From a virus (Duplodnaviria; Caudoviricetes), in IMG/VR virus record IMGVR_UViG_3300032257_000058, positions 1-36,558 of that record: a DNA stretch of 36,558 nucleotides; one strand, written 5' to 3'. The notes beneath the pieces were generated by a model. That model ran no database searches, had not been told where the DNA came from, and was given only the letters and a program-made list of their open reading frames with translations. This document shows, piece by piece, positions 18,616-26,590 of the stretch (its first letter is position 1; every line of letters begins with the position of its first letter). Made by a program: the position numbers and the translations under genes.

Positions 18616-18720
18616 TTGCCGGTTACGCTTCCAGCGTGATTTCGTATCACCGCAGCACATGTGTACATCAACGCGTGTATATTTCATTCCCACTCTGTGG
18701 CCCGTACACGTCGGCTAGAA
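18616..18720 (-). ncRNA. C4-antisense-like structured RNA
   Basis: Intergenic multi-hairpin: CGTGTA..CCAC-AGA-GTGG..TACACG, GTGAT-ACGAA-ATCAC, and terminal GCTGG-AAGCGTAA-CCGGC, which resembles the 3' hairpin of C4-family phage RNAs. Boundaries approximate. Confidence 0.5.
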
Positions 18721-18726
18721 TGCTTA

Positions 18727-19272
18727 TTAAAATTCAATCCTCACCCTAATGGCGTAATTGTTACCTGTACTGACAAGACCGTTCAAAAACCACGCAACAC
18801 GCAGCCACTTGTTAAAAGGATTTGGCAATAAATAATGAGCAGCGATTAACCCAACACCCGTTGCGATAAAGTACCTATTAACTGCGGCAGCAGATGGCTC
18901 CCTCCCGAGGGATAGGTTGGTTTCTGAGTAGTGATCGCTTTGCCTGATTTCGTGCGTCTGGAGCCAATCAACAGCGTGTAGTGCGATTGCTGATTCTAGG
19001 TAGTAGTCAGCGTGGGCAGGGGAAAAGAGCGTAAATAATAAGATTATTTGTCTAAGTGAGTGCCTAATTAGATCGTAAGGTATTGATTTGTTGACACTGT
19101 ATGAAGCACTGTATATTAGACAGAAAAATTGACTTGAATTGGAATATTCTTTAGTATTATCAATAAGTTTTGAATGGCCTAAATTCCTGATTGTGATTCC
19201 AGTCGTCGCGGGTTCAAGTCCCGTTAGCCACCCCATATTCAACAACTTAGGGTTCTTTTTAGTAACCATCAT
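18727..19272 (-). CDS. Putative exported/membrane protein; true start uncertain (protein-like part begins near 19055)
   Basis: Signal-peptide-like RQIILLFTLFSPAHA followed by DWLQT...ETN..LG..PS. The annotated N-terminus reads through attP antisense to the tRNA fragment. Confidence 0.5.
   Translation of the reverse strand: MMVTKKNPKLLNMGWLTGLEPATTGITIRNLGHSKLIDNTKEYSNSSQFFCLIYSASYSVNKSIPYDLIRHSLRQIILLFTLFSPAHADYYLESAIALHAVDWLQTHEIRQSDHYSETNLSLGREPSAAAVNRYFIATGVGLIAAHYLLPNPFNKWLRVAWFLNGLVSTGNNYAIRVRIEF
19076..19088 (-). promoter_or_regulatory. IHF binding site in attP
   Basis: AATCAATACCTTA is a perfect match to WATCAANNNNTTR; one-mismatch copies flank the core near 19158 and 19237. Confidence 0.6.
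19189..19235 (+). other. attP core: 3' half of tRNA-His(GTG), 47 bp
   Basis: GATTGTGATTCCAGTCGTCGCGGGTTCAAGTCCCGTTAGCCACCCCA covers anticodon loop GTG, T-arm, acceptor 3' strand and CCA. It closely resembles gammaproteobacterial tRNA-His, lacks the 5' half, and is about 440 bp from int. Confidence 0.9.
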
Positions 19273-19291
19273 CTAATTAGAACCCTTTTGT

Positions 19292-19675
19292 CTAATGCTC
19301 ATTAGATAGCTCTTTAATTAATTTATAAATTTCTCTGGCTTCATCAACACTTCTGATATTTGCGGTATGGTATTTCCAGCCAATTTTTGAGCTAATTTTA
19401 GCGTAAAGCTTTTTGCGCTCAACCCTTCCGGACTGCCAAATAGGGTCGAGTAATTTGTGAATATGTTGTCTAGCGCTTTTGATTTCGGGCGTTGGAATGC
19501 AACCGAGTGGCTGAGTTCTATTCTTTGTTTTATGGTGGCACCCAACAAAATTTCCGCACTTATTGCACTTCCAAAAAGGCAAATCGTGTAAGTCATCTCT
19601 ATGTGGATATATTTCGTGCCCAGTTGTTAGTCTGGCCTCAATTTTATCAAGGCATCCACAACAATAGATAATCAT
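19292..19675 (-). CDS. Zinc-finger protein (DUF3268-like)
   Basis: CxxC, EIYPHR.DL...FWKC..C..VGCH......PLG and H...DPIW motifs. Confidence 0.75.
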   Translation of the reverse strand: MIIYCCGCLDKIEARLTTGHEIYPHRDDLHDLPFWKCNKCGNFVGCHHKTKNRTQPLGCIPTPEIKSARQHIHKLLDPIWQSGRVERKKLYAKISSKIGWKYHTANIRSVDEAREIYKLIKELSNEH

Positions 19676-20634
19676 TTCTTTATACTCACAGGCAAAACCT
19701 TAACCGGGGCACGCCGATAGAATCGATGAAAAGTTGATTTATTTTTATGGCCCAACAAATCATCGTTATCTGTGTTACTGCCAGCCATAGCTCGTAAATC
19801 GTGAAAAGTGAATGATTCTTTTAAGCCATTTTTTAATGCGTAATCCCGCGTACGTTTCCACATTGATTTAAAACCGGAACTTGAATAAGGCTTACCCTTT
19901 TTTGTGTGCAAGACATATAAGCTCGATATAGTGTGAATATTTTTCGCCTCGATCAATGCCTCGTTTAGTTCTTCAGTACGCTCAATTGAAAGCTTTAATC
20001 CTCGCTTGCCCGAATCAATTTCGATGCAATCTATTTTGATGTGGGAAGCATGGAGCGATAGTATTTTATTTTGTCTTAACCCAGTTATAGCGGCCAATTT
20101 CATTGCAGCTTTTACAGTGGGATTTTTACATAAATCATAAACAAGCCAGAACTCTTCCTGAGTCACCAACCTATCTCGCGGTTTCTCGGGATTGCTCTCG
20201 ACATCTCGGCAAGGATTATTTTCAATCACACCCCATCGAATTGCCTTTTTAAATACATGGCTTAATAATGCTTTGTCTCTATTCGCTCTGACAGGGGCCT
20301 CTCTAGCATCCATATAAGCGTAAATATCTTGCGGAGAAATTTCAGCAGGCATCATGTCTGAAAAAGCTAAGCGTAAAAATTTGAATGAATTAATATTATC
20401 TTCTTGAGTTCTTGGTGCTTTAGTGGGAATTATTTCAGCCAAGTATCGATCAAATAATTGCCCCATGGTAATTATTGGTTTATTTGTGCTGTTTCGTTCA
20501 GCGTAGGCTAAAATAGACTCGATGTAGTTAGAGCCTAATCGATGCCATTTATTATTTTTATCTACGTAATAATACGCATTGTTTTTATAGTACATTCGCG
20601 TAGGTAGAGAGCTTTTATTTTTTCTTTTTCGCAC
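19672..20634 (-). CDS. int: Tyrosine integrase
   Basis: Catalytic R (TGLRQ), HDLR, LLGH and Y (RFYRR); N-terminal LP.RMY arm-binding-like region. Confidence 0.93.
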   Translation of the reverse strand: MRKRKNKSSLPTRMYYKNNAYYYVDKNNKWHRLGSNYIESILAYAERNSTNKPIITMGQLFDRYLAEIIPTKAPRTQEDNINSFKFLRLAFSDMMPAEISPQDIYAYMDAREAPVRANRDKALLSHVFKKAIRWGVIENNPCRDVESNPEKPRDRLVTQEEFWLVYDLCKNPTVKAAMKLAAITGLRQNKILSLHASHIKIDCIEIDSGKRGLKLSIERTEELNEALIEAKNIHTISSLYVLHTKKGKPYSSSGFKSMWKRTRDYALKNGLKESFTFHDLRAMAGSNTDNDDLLGHKNKSTFHRFYRRAPVKVLPVSIKK

Positions 20635-20833
20635 GACTCAATCCTTGTAAATTAGGTTTTTTCTTTTCTATGGGTGGGTGACCCGTAATATGTACGCGAG
20701 GAACTCTCGGGTGACCTGTTCGTGAAATAAAAAAAGGCAGGCCCAAGCCTTCTAGGTACTCAATGTGCTTGGACTTAATTGAGTATCCAGACATCTCTTT
20801 CAATTCTTCATCAGTCAAAAACAAGTCGTTCAT
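20615..20833 (-). CDS. xis: Excisionase-like protein (DUF4224-like)
   Basis: FLTDEELKEMSGY....L...GLPF....G.PRV; overlaps the int start. Confidence 0.75.
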   Translation of the reverse strand: MNDLFLTDEELKEMSGYSIKSKHIEYLEGLGLPFFISRTGHPRVPRVHITGHPPIEKKKPNLQGLSRAKKKK

Positions 20834-20860
20834 AATGTAATTCTCAAAATGTACCTACAG

Positions 20861-21339
20861 CAGCTGCCGGATAATAGTAGTTAGGCTTCAAAAAATTCTG
20901 AAATATCAGGTGATGTCGGCCAGTTTTTTATAATGCCATCACCACCGATTTCCAATTCTATATAATCACCATATTCGCCAGGCACGACACCATTAGGAAC
21001 ATAACCATCCATTTGTACGATCTGTTTAGATTCCGCGTCAAAAAGAGTGTAAATACCAGCATCGCAAACCTTAATGAAAAGTTCTCGCTCATCGCCAACA
21101 GGCCACCCTTCAATTTGCCCGGTGTCAATATCGATAACAGCCTTCCAATTTGTTTTTTGCTCATTAAGTCCTGGAAAATCTGTCGGCATATCATCATCTT
21201 CGTCACCACCAACCCCTCTAAGGCTAACTTCTATAACGATTTTCTTAACATCGATCTCTACTTCCATATTTACTTTAGTTTTCATTTTATAATCCTAGTT
21301 GGTTGGTAAGTGACAGCTGTCGGATACTACTAGTTAGAC
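20861..21339. repeat. 26-bp imperfect direct repeat at 20861-20886 and 21314-21339
   Basis: CAGCTGCCGGATAATAGTAGTTAGGC versus CAGCTGTCGGATACTACTAGTTAGAC (22/26 identical); each copy contains the TAA stop of a minus-strand gene. Confidence 0.8.
20881..21285 (-). CDS. Conserved hypothetical acidic phage protein
   Basis: IDIDTGQI.GWP, KVCDAG.Y and YGDYI motifs; AGGA RBS. Confidence 0.75.
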   Translation of the reverse strand: MKTKVNMEVEIDVKKIVIEVSLRGVGGDEDDDMPTDFPGLNEQKTNWKAVIDIDTGQIEGWPVGDERELFIKVCDAGIYTLFDAESKQIVQMDGYVPNGVVPGEYGDYIELEIGGDGIIKNWPTSPDISEFFEA

Positions 21340-21606
21340 GTCTTTGGGCTTTAAAAATAACTCATCAAGCTGGCACATTATTTCATGTGTCGCTAAGTAT
21401 CCGCTTATCTCCTCACAATCATCCAGCACATAATCTGAGTTAGTTAGTTTTATATAAACTTTTTCAATAGTTAATAATTTTTCCTTAAGCTCTTTGATTT
21501 CCTGATGTTGCTTACACAATAGATCATTTATTTCCTCCGGCTTCATTTTGTTAATAGCTTCGATTTCTGCATGCTCCTCATTTGATGCAGATGCTTTATA
21601 AGACAT
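21334..21606 (-). CDS. Hypothetical protein
   Basis: AAGGA RBS; short coiled coil. Confidence 0.65.
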   Translation of the reverse strand: MSYKASASNEEHAEIEAINKMKPEEINDLLCKQHQEIKELKEKLLTIEKVYIKLTNSDYVLDDCEEISGYLATHEIMCQLDELFLKPKDV

Positions 21607-21741
21607 AATTAATCCTTGTCGCTGATGTCAGTGTTGACTATTATCTAATTGATCCAAAATGTTACTATCAAGCAATAAACATCGATCTCTGTGTTATTAA
21701 CAATGTTATACGTCTACAAGTAATCATTTCAATTAAATAAT

Positions 21742-21996
21742 TTATGTAGTTATTGCTTTTTCCCCAGCATTGGTGAGCTTCCACTTATGCCACGGGTAAT
21801 CTTCATCCGCAGGTATAATCAAATTCTTTTTTTTCAGTGATTTTATAATAACTCTTAGCCAAGAATTTTTACTCATGTCCCAAGTGCTAACGCGGGAATG
21901 ATATTTGAGCGCAAATAGAACCCCGCTTTCATTGCGACCTGATTTTTTCAAATCAACCACTGTTGCATTACTAAAACTATCAATGTGCACTGTCAA
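21742..21996 (-). CDS. Hypothetical protein, possible winged helix
   Basis: GGAG RBS with TTG start; L.KK.LI...W.LT.AG pattern. Confidence 0.55.
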   Translation of the reverse strand: MTVHIDSFSNATVVDLKKSGRNESGVLFALKYHSRVSTWDMSKNSWLRVIIKSLKKKNLIIPADEDYPWHKWKLTNAGEKAITT

Positions 21997-22029
21997 TGTC
22001 TCCGTAGTTTAAATTAAAATTAGGCAACG

Positions 22030-22479
22030 CTAACAGCAGCTTCTCTTGTAACTTAACGCATCAACACACATTTTTACTATGTCTTCGAACGGTAAATTGA
22101 CTACACCGTTGTCATCCATATCAAGAGCTCGAGTATCTATTGTCGGTAACCAAAAACAATTTTGGAAGGCTCTGCCGTATATGACCTTAAGCATCGCGTT
22201 ACGACAAAGATGTTGTAGTCTTTCGATTTCAATATAGAGGATTCCATCTCCCATTACTAATCCGAACGATTCAGACCACGCAATTTGTATCAGTTCTTCG
22301 CGTACTTTCTCTTCCAGTTGAAAACAGGGGTATGAGTATTTAACTGCATTTTCCATTGCTTCACTATCACGCTGCGCAACAAACATATCAGTCGCACTTT
22401 GCGAAACTTCAACTTCAAAAAAGCCGTCATCATCTCCAACGCCTTCACAATTAACTCGTTTCATATTTTCTCCAGCCAC
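22030..22479 (-). CDS. Hypothetical protein
   Basis: Open frame; ATG at 22464 after GGAG is a likely alternative start. Confidence 0.6.
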   Translation of the reverse strand: MAGENMKRVNCEGVGDDDGFFEVEVSQSATDMFVAQRDSEAMENAVKYSYPCFQLEEKVREELIQIAWSESFGLVMGDGILYIEIERLQHLCRNAMLKVIYGRAFQNCFWLPTIDTRALDMDDNGVVNLPFEDIVKMCVDALSYKRSCC

Positions 22480-22529
22480 TCTTTCATTTTTAGCGCTTCA
22501 TCTCTCTCACAATAAGTTAGCCTTTGAAG

Positions 22530-23609
22530 CTAATAATTAATTGATAAGTTGGGAATTTGCTTTTTAGCTATTGCTGTTACAATGATTTTACTTGTTTCCT
22601 CGCTAAGTCCATTTTTTTGAAAAGCAACTTTAATGGCGTTGTTTATTGTTTTTTGATGTTCGATGTTTTCAGCTTTCCGCCTTGCCAGTATTTTCGCTTG
22701 CGCTTCTTCGCGTAATCGCTTGTCTTCAGCTTCTTTTGCTTTTTGTTCGGCGTCTTCTCGGGCTTTTTTGATGGCATTCTCTTTATCTATAATTGCTTGT
22801 GCCGCAGCTTTCTTTCCTCGCTCGATAGCTTCCTTAGCCTCACGTTCTGCGCGCTCCTTAGCTATGATGGCGTCAGCTTCACGTTTGGCGGATTCTCTTC
22901 TTTCGAGTTCAAGCTTTTCTTTAGCTTCACGTTCAGCAGCCAGCTTTGCCTCTTTCTTAATGCGTTCCTCGTTAGCAATTCGATCACGCTCTTTTTGCTC
23001 AGCAGCTTCTTTTAATCGCTTTTCTTCAGCTTCTTGAGCGAGCTTTGCTTCTTGTGCCTCAATGGATTTTTGTCGGTCAAATAAATCATTTTCAATTATT
23101 GCTAAATCAAAAGCGTCAGAAATTTCCCTATCAAGCGCCTCTTTGGCTAATCGGCGCTCTTCGGCCTCTTCCCAGTCGTCTAGCGGCTTGCGCACTTGAT
23201 CCCTAATACTGTCACAGGCATCACGAAAGCGCTTACCTTCGGAATCTATCAGCTTAAGTCTTTGCTTTTCCTTGGAAACTAGCTCTTTTCTAAAGCCGTC
23301 AATTCTTAATTTCGAACGTGACACCCGCATCGCGTTCCTTGCAATTTCTTTTCGCCCTTTTGCGGTTGATGTGTCACATTCAAATTTAGATACATACTCA
23401 TTAATTTGACTTAATAAATTATCAATGCCGTTCGTTGAGAAAAGGGAAGGCATGTTATCTTCTTTAATCCCTGAAAGAGGAATTAACTTACTGTCAATCT
23501 CGCCGCCAATTGCCTCAAGAGTATCGTTAATCGCCTCCTCTGGTATATCTAGAGTGTCCAAATCTTCTTTTGCATCTTTGTATTTTTTACTGGTCTGATG
23601 TAATTTCAT
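22530..23609 (-). CDS. Coiled-coil phage protein with Gp157-like N-terminus
   Basis: N-terminal DTLEAIGGEI.SK; D.ST.KGRKEIA..A.RVSRSK motif; long E/K/A/R coiled coil; C-terminal IP..SINY. Confidence 0.7.
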   Translation of the reverse strand: MKLHQTSKKYKDAKEDLDTLDIPEEAINDTLEAIGGEIDSKLIPLSGIKEDNMPSLFSTNGIDNLLSQINEYVSKFECDTSTAKGRKEIARNAMRVSRSKLRIDGFRKELVSKEKQRLKLIDSEGKRFRDACDSIRDQVRKPLDDWEEAEERRLAKEALDREISDAFDLAIIENDLFDRQKSIEAQEAKLAQEAEEKRLKEAAEQKERDRIANEERIKKEAKLAAEREAKEKLELERRESAKREADAIIAKERAEREAKEAIERGKKAAAQAIIDKENAIKKAREDAEQKAKEAEDKRLREEAQAKILARRKAENIEHQKTINNAIKVAFQKNGLSEETSKIIVTAIAKKQIPNLSINY

Positions 23610-23642
23610 AATATTTTCCTGTTAATTGATTATGTTTTTATA

Positions 23643-24083
23643 TCATTCAAAAGGAATATCATCACCGAAGTCGGAAAAATCATCAGCTCCAGCGGGCTTA
23701 GCATTTGAAGGCGTTGAGGTACTGTTGTTAGAATTTGAAACCGCTCCACCTCGGCTATCTAGCATTTGCAACTCATTACCAATTATTTCTGTTGTATAAC
23801 GATCGTTGCCGCTTTTATCTTGCCATTTGCGTGTTTGTAGCTTTCCTTCAATATAAACCTTTGAGCCCTTTTTCAGATACTCACCTGCAATTTCACCAAG
23901 GCGATTAAAAAAAACAACCCTATGCCACTCTGTTTTTTCTTTCTTTTCTTTGGTGTCTTTATCTTTCCAGGTTTCACTTGTGGCGATTGTTAAATTGGCA
24001 ACTGCACTACCTGACGGTGTGTATCGAATATCGGGATCTCCGCCTAAATTACCAATTAACATTACTTTATTGATTCCGGCCAT
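23643..24083 (-). CDS. ssb: Single-stranded DNA-binding protein
   Basis: [36 protein letters not shown] and acidic DDIPF tail. Confidence 0.97.
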   Translation of the reverse strand: MAGINKVMLIGNLGGDPDIRYTPSGSAVANLTIATSETWKDKDTKEKKEKTEWHRVVFFNRLGEIAGEYLKKGSKVYIEGKLQTRKWQDKSGNDRYTTEIIGNELQMLDSRGGAVSNSNNSTSTPSNAKPAGADDFSDFGDDIPFE

Positions 24084-24122
24084 TACATTTCCTTTAGTAG
24101 TGTTGCTTAAATTAAAAATATA

Positions 24123-24665
24123 TTACGCAGTCTCTTTATTCTCTAACTTATAGTTAAATCTGACATTGCCGGAATTATCCCTCACAGCTAATTGGCAAAC
24201 TTCGCCGCCTTCTCCAGATCTTAAAAACCAAGTCCATTCTTTTAATTTTAACTCCCAAGTTGCCTTAGCTTTATCACCATCAACTTTAAATTCTTTAGGA
24301 GTGAGCTTGACTTGAATAACCGGGAAGTCATAAAGCTCAATTCCTATGCCCCAATTAAAGCAGGCTCGCTTAAATGAGTCGCTGGCTAATCCTTTTTGAG
24401 CCTCGGCGATGCTCTCCTTTCCGGTATCCTCTTTACTTACCCAGTGGCTTTTTTCGTCGTCCCAAATAGAAACGGTACAGTTGCGATTATCTCTACTGTG
24501 CGAACGCTCCCATCCTAATCGGCCACATATAGAATTAAGCCTATTAATATCAACTCTCGCGTTTTTATAGGCCAATATAGTCGCGTAACCACCTTTATTG
24601 ATGGACTGAATCCTAAAATCCAGCTCATGAACTTTTAAGGGCTCTTGTAATTTACTTATGTCCAC
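24123..24665 (-). CDS. Sak/Rad52-like single-strand annealing protein
   Basis: LAYKNAR....RL, WVSKEDTG.ES...KG.ASDSFKRA...WGIG.ELY; adjacent to ssb. Confidence 0.85.
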   Translation of the reverse strand: MDISKLQEPLKVHELDFRIQSINKGGYATILAYKNARVDINRLNSICGRLGWERSHSRDNRNCTVSIWDDEKSHWVSKEDTGKESIAEAQKGLASDSFKRACFNWGIGIELYDFPVIQVKLTPKEFKVDGDKAKATWELKLKEWTWFLRSGEGGEVCQLAVRDNSGNVRFNYKLENKETA

Positions 24666-24819
24666 GGGTTAAATACTCCATATTTTGCTCATGTTGGTAT
24701 TGATTACCATACCCCCGCAAGTAATCCTCAGTGGCATTAACTCTAGGGGGAGCGCCCTCTTTGCAATCCTGCTGGCCTCGTAGGAAATCGCTTGCATTAA
24801 ATTCTTGTTGCGAGCCCAT
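24652..24819 (-). CDS. Hypothetical 55-aa protein
   Basis: Start moved to ATG 24819 after GGAGGT; repeated D(F/Y)LRG motif. Confidence 0.6.
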   Translation of the reverse strand: MGSQQEFNASDFLRGQQDCKEGAPPRVNATEDYLRGYGNQYQHEQNMEYLTRGHK

Positions 24820-24836
24820 AACTACCTCCCGTTTTA

Positions 24837-25193
24837 TTATCCAACCTGCCTGGCTGAAGCAAACATTGGTGTACATATCTCACTAACCACTTCAAATAAT
24901 TCACCCTGATTTTTTGGCTTGAAAATCTTTTTCGAATCTTCAATGCTTGGTTGCAGTAAATCAAAATGCATCCTTAGTGGTTGCTCATTATTAAAAGCGT
25001 CCATGGTTTCTTCAGCATTTTCAATCAACACTTTGTGAGCATGTTGCTCTTCTTCGCGTTCGTAAATTATCGCAGTGCATAACTTACCGACTTCCGAATT
25101 ACTAAAGGCTTTATCCTTGCGTAATAAGGATTTCATAGCTGCAATACATTCGCTGTCATGTTCGTCAGGGATTAAGTAGATGTCGTTATTCAT
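24837..25193 (-). CDS. Hypothetical protein
   Basis: AAGGA RBS. Confidence 0.65.
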   Translation of the reverse strand: MNNDIYLIPDEHDSECIAAMKSLLRKDKAFSNSEVGKLCTAIIYEREEEQHAHKVLIENAEETMDAFNNEQPLRMHFDLLQPSIEDSKKIFKPKNQGELFEVVSEICTPMFASARQVG

Positions 25194-25417
25194 TTTTTAT
25201 CCTTTAAAATTGGTATCCCCATCAGCCATGCCGGTTGAACTGTTATCACGTTAGCGCTAAAGGCTTATGATAGGGATAATTTATAGCGTCTACACAAGGA
25301 AAGATATTTGTGTGTTATTCGAGTTCAACATAACCTCTCTTTCCAATCTGGTACTTGCAATACGTTTCAAGACTCGACTCTTTAATAAGCATCACGTTTT
25401 CCCTTCGAGCAACCGAC

Positions 25418-25807
25418 TTACAGATTCAATAAAAATTGATTTCTTCTTGCCTGTCTATTTTTTTTAGCCTTTGACCATCTATTTTTTACTTTAAAATTAG
25501 TGTTGTCAGTCCATGCTGGGAGTCGAGCTCCAGAATGAAATTTTGGCTGCCTACAATCTTGGTAATAGTTAAGCCACCAATATGCACGATTCTCTTCCCA
25601 CTCATTTAAAATTGACTCCATAGATCTGCCGGTATGATGTGCGTAATGTTTAGCTCTACCAATAACCCATCGAAACTGAGTAAGAAATTCCACCTTATCT
25701 CTCATTGGACGCTTAAATTTAGCCGACTTCTGAACATCACGAACATAAGCTGCTTTAAGCGATTTATACCCATCTGTTGTTGCTAAATATTTCCAATCTA
25801 TTCGCAT
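25418..25807 (-). CDS. Hypothetical basic protein
   Basis: Start moved to ATG 25807 after AAGGA; WE..R.YWWLNYYQ motif. Confidence 0.65.
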   Translation of the reverse strand: MRIDWKYLATTDGYKSLKAAYVRDVQKSAKFKRPMRDKVEFLTQFRWVIGRAKHYAHHTGRSMESILNEWEENRAYWWLNYYQDCRQPKFHSGARLPAWTDNTNFKVKNRWSKAKKNRQARRNQFLLNL

Positions 25808-25879
25808 GTCAATCCTTTTAAAAATGACGCGCCCATGCAGGAGAGGAGGGCGCGCCCGAAATGCCATTACAAAGGGAGG

Positions 25880-26170
25880 TTAAGCAATGGCTTTTTGCTC
25901 AAGTAATAAAAATGTTGGTTCTTTCGTTTCTCTATCACCAAGATGACTGTTGATTTTCTGACAAGCTTTGCGCATTGAGTTTTCACTGTTAGCGGTCTTT
26001 GTTAGTCCGTGCTCTAACGCTGCCCTTGCCATTAACAAGTCAGCTTGGCATGCATCTCTTTCTGCCAAGATAATTCCAAGCACCCTATTGTAATCACAAG
26101 GATGTACATCAGTAGTGCCATTAACAATATCGCGTGCTGTAGTTGTGTATTTTGAGTCGTATTTTTTCAT
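25880..26170 (-). CDS. Hypothetical protein
   Basis: ATGA overlap with the upstream HTH gene. Confidence 0.6.
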   Translation of the reverse strand: MKKYDSKYTTTARDIVNGTTDVHPCDYNRVLGIILAERDACQADLLMARAALEHGLTKTANSENSMRKACQKINSHLGDRETKEPTFLLLEQKAIA

Positions 26171-26361
26171 GCTGCTCTGTCCCGTTGTCCGTAAAAAAGA
26201 TATACCGCATGTGCTGTATTTTCAGCGTCTAATTTGCTTCGTATATTTCCCAAATGATGCCGAATAGTACCCTCAGCAACGTTGATATTTCTGGCCATCT
26301 GTTTTGCTGTACACCCATTTGCAGCCATTTTTAAAATTATTGATTCTTTCTTTGTTAGCAT
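26167..26361 (-). CDS. Stand-alone LuxR/GerE-type HTH protein, first gene of the leftward early operon
   Basis: LTKKE..IL...A.G...K.MA..I.V...TI..H..NI..KL; GAGGTG RBS. Confidence 0.85.
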   Translation of the reverse strand: MLTKKESIILKMAANGCTAKQMARNINVAEGTIRHHLGNIRSKLDAENTAHAVYLFYGQRDRAA

Positions 26362-26435
26362 TTTTCACCTCGTCCAGTTTATGTTGTCCCCAATGACCAC
26401 GTTCCGTGTGGCTTGTTGTTATTTGTTACAGATAG

Positions 26436-26486
26436 AGTATAGAAAACTGAACCTCATAGTCAAGAAAAAAGTACAGAAAAACGAAC
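26436..26486 (-). promoter_or_regulatory. PL-like promoter with two operators
   Basis: TTGACT(26463-26458)-16 bp-TATACT(26441-26436); operators GTATAGAAAACTGAAC (26437-26452) and GTACAGAAAAACGAAC (26471-26486). Confidence 0.75.
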
Positions 26487-26590
26487 TTTTGTTTTAAGTG
26501 ATGCGTTGCCACTTAATAAATAGAGGTAAAATTATCTTGTTTGCACGCATGAATTTGATATTGTGCTAGTGAATATATGAGGAAAGTAGA

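Noticed and set aside
19097-19123. LexA-like CTGTAT motifs near attP
   Set aside because: CTG-N9-CAG spacing in one and no CAG half-site in the other; LexA needs CTG-N10-CAG.
19160-19235. Complete tRNA-His gene
   Set aside because: The 5' acceptor strand and D-arm are missing and the 5' anticodon stem does not pair fully; it is an att core, not a functional tRNA.
20861-21339. True integron attC sites
   Set aside because: Only the RYYTAAC half is present, with no complementary core arm, and the integrase looks like a phage Int rather than IntI.
22530-23609. TolA annotation
   Set aside because: The similarity would come from low-complexity E/K/A coiled coil; there is no N-terminal membrane anchor.
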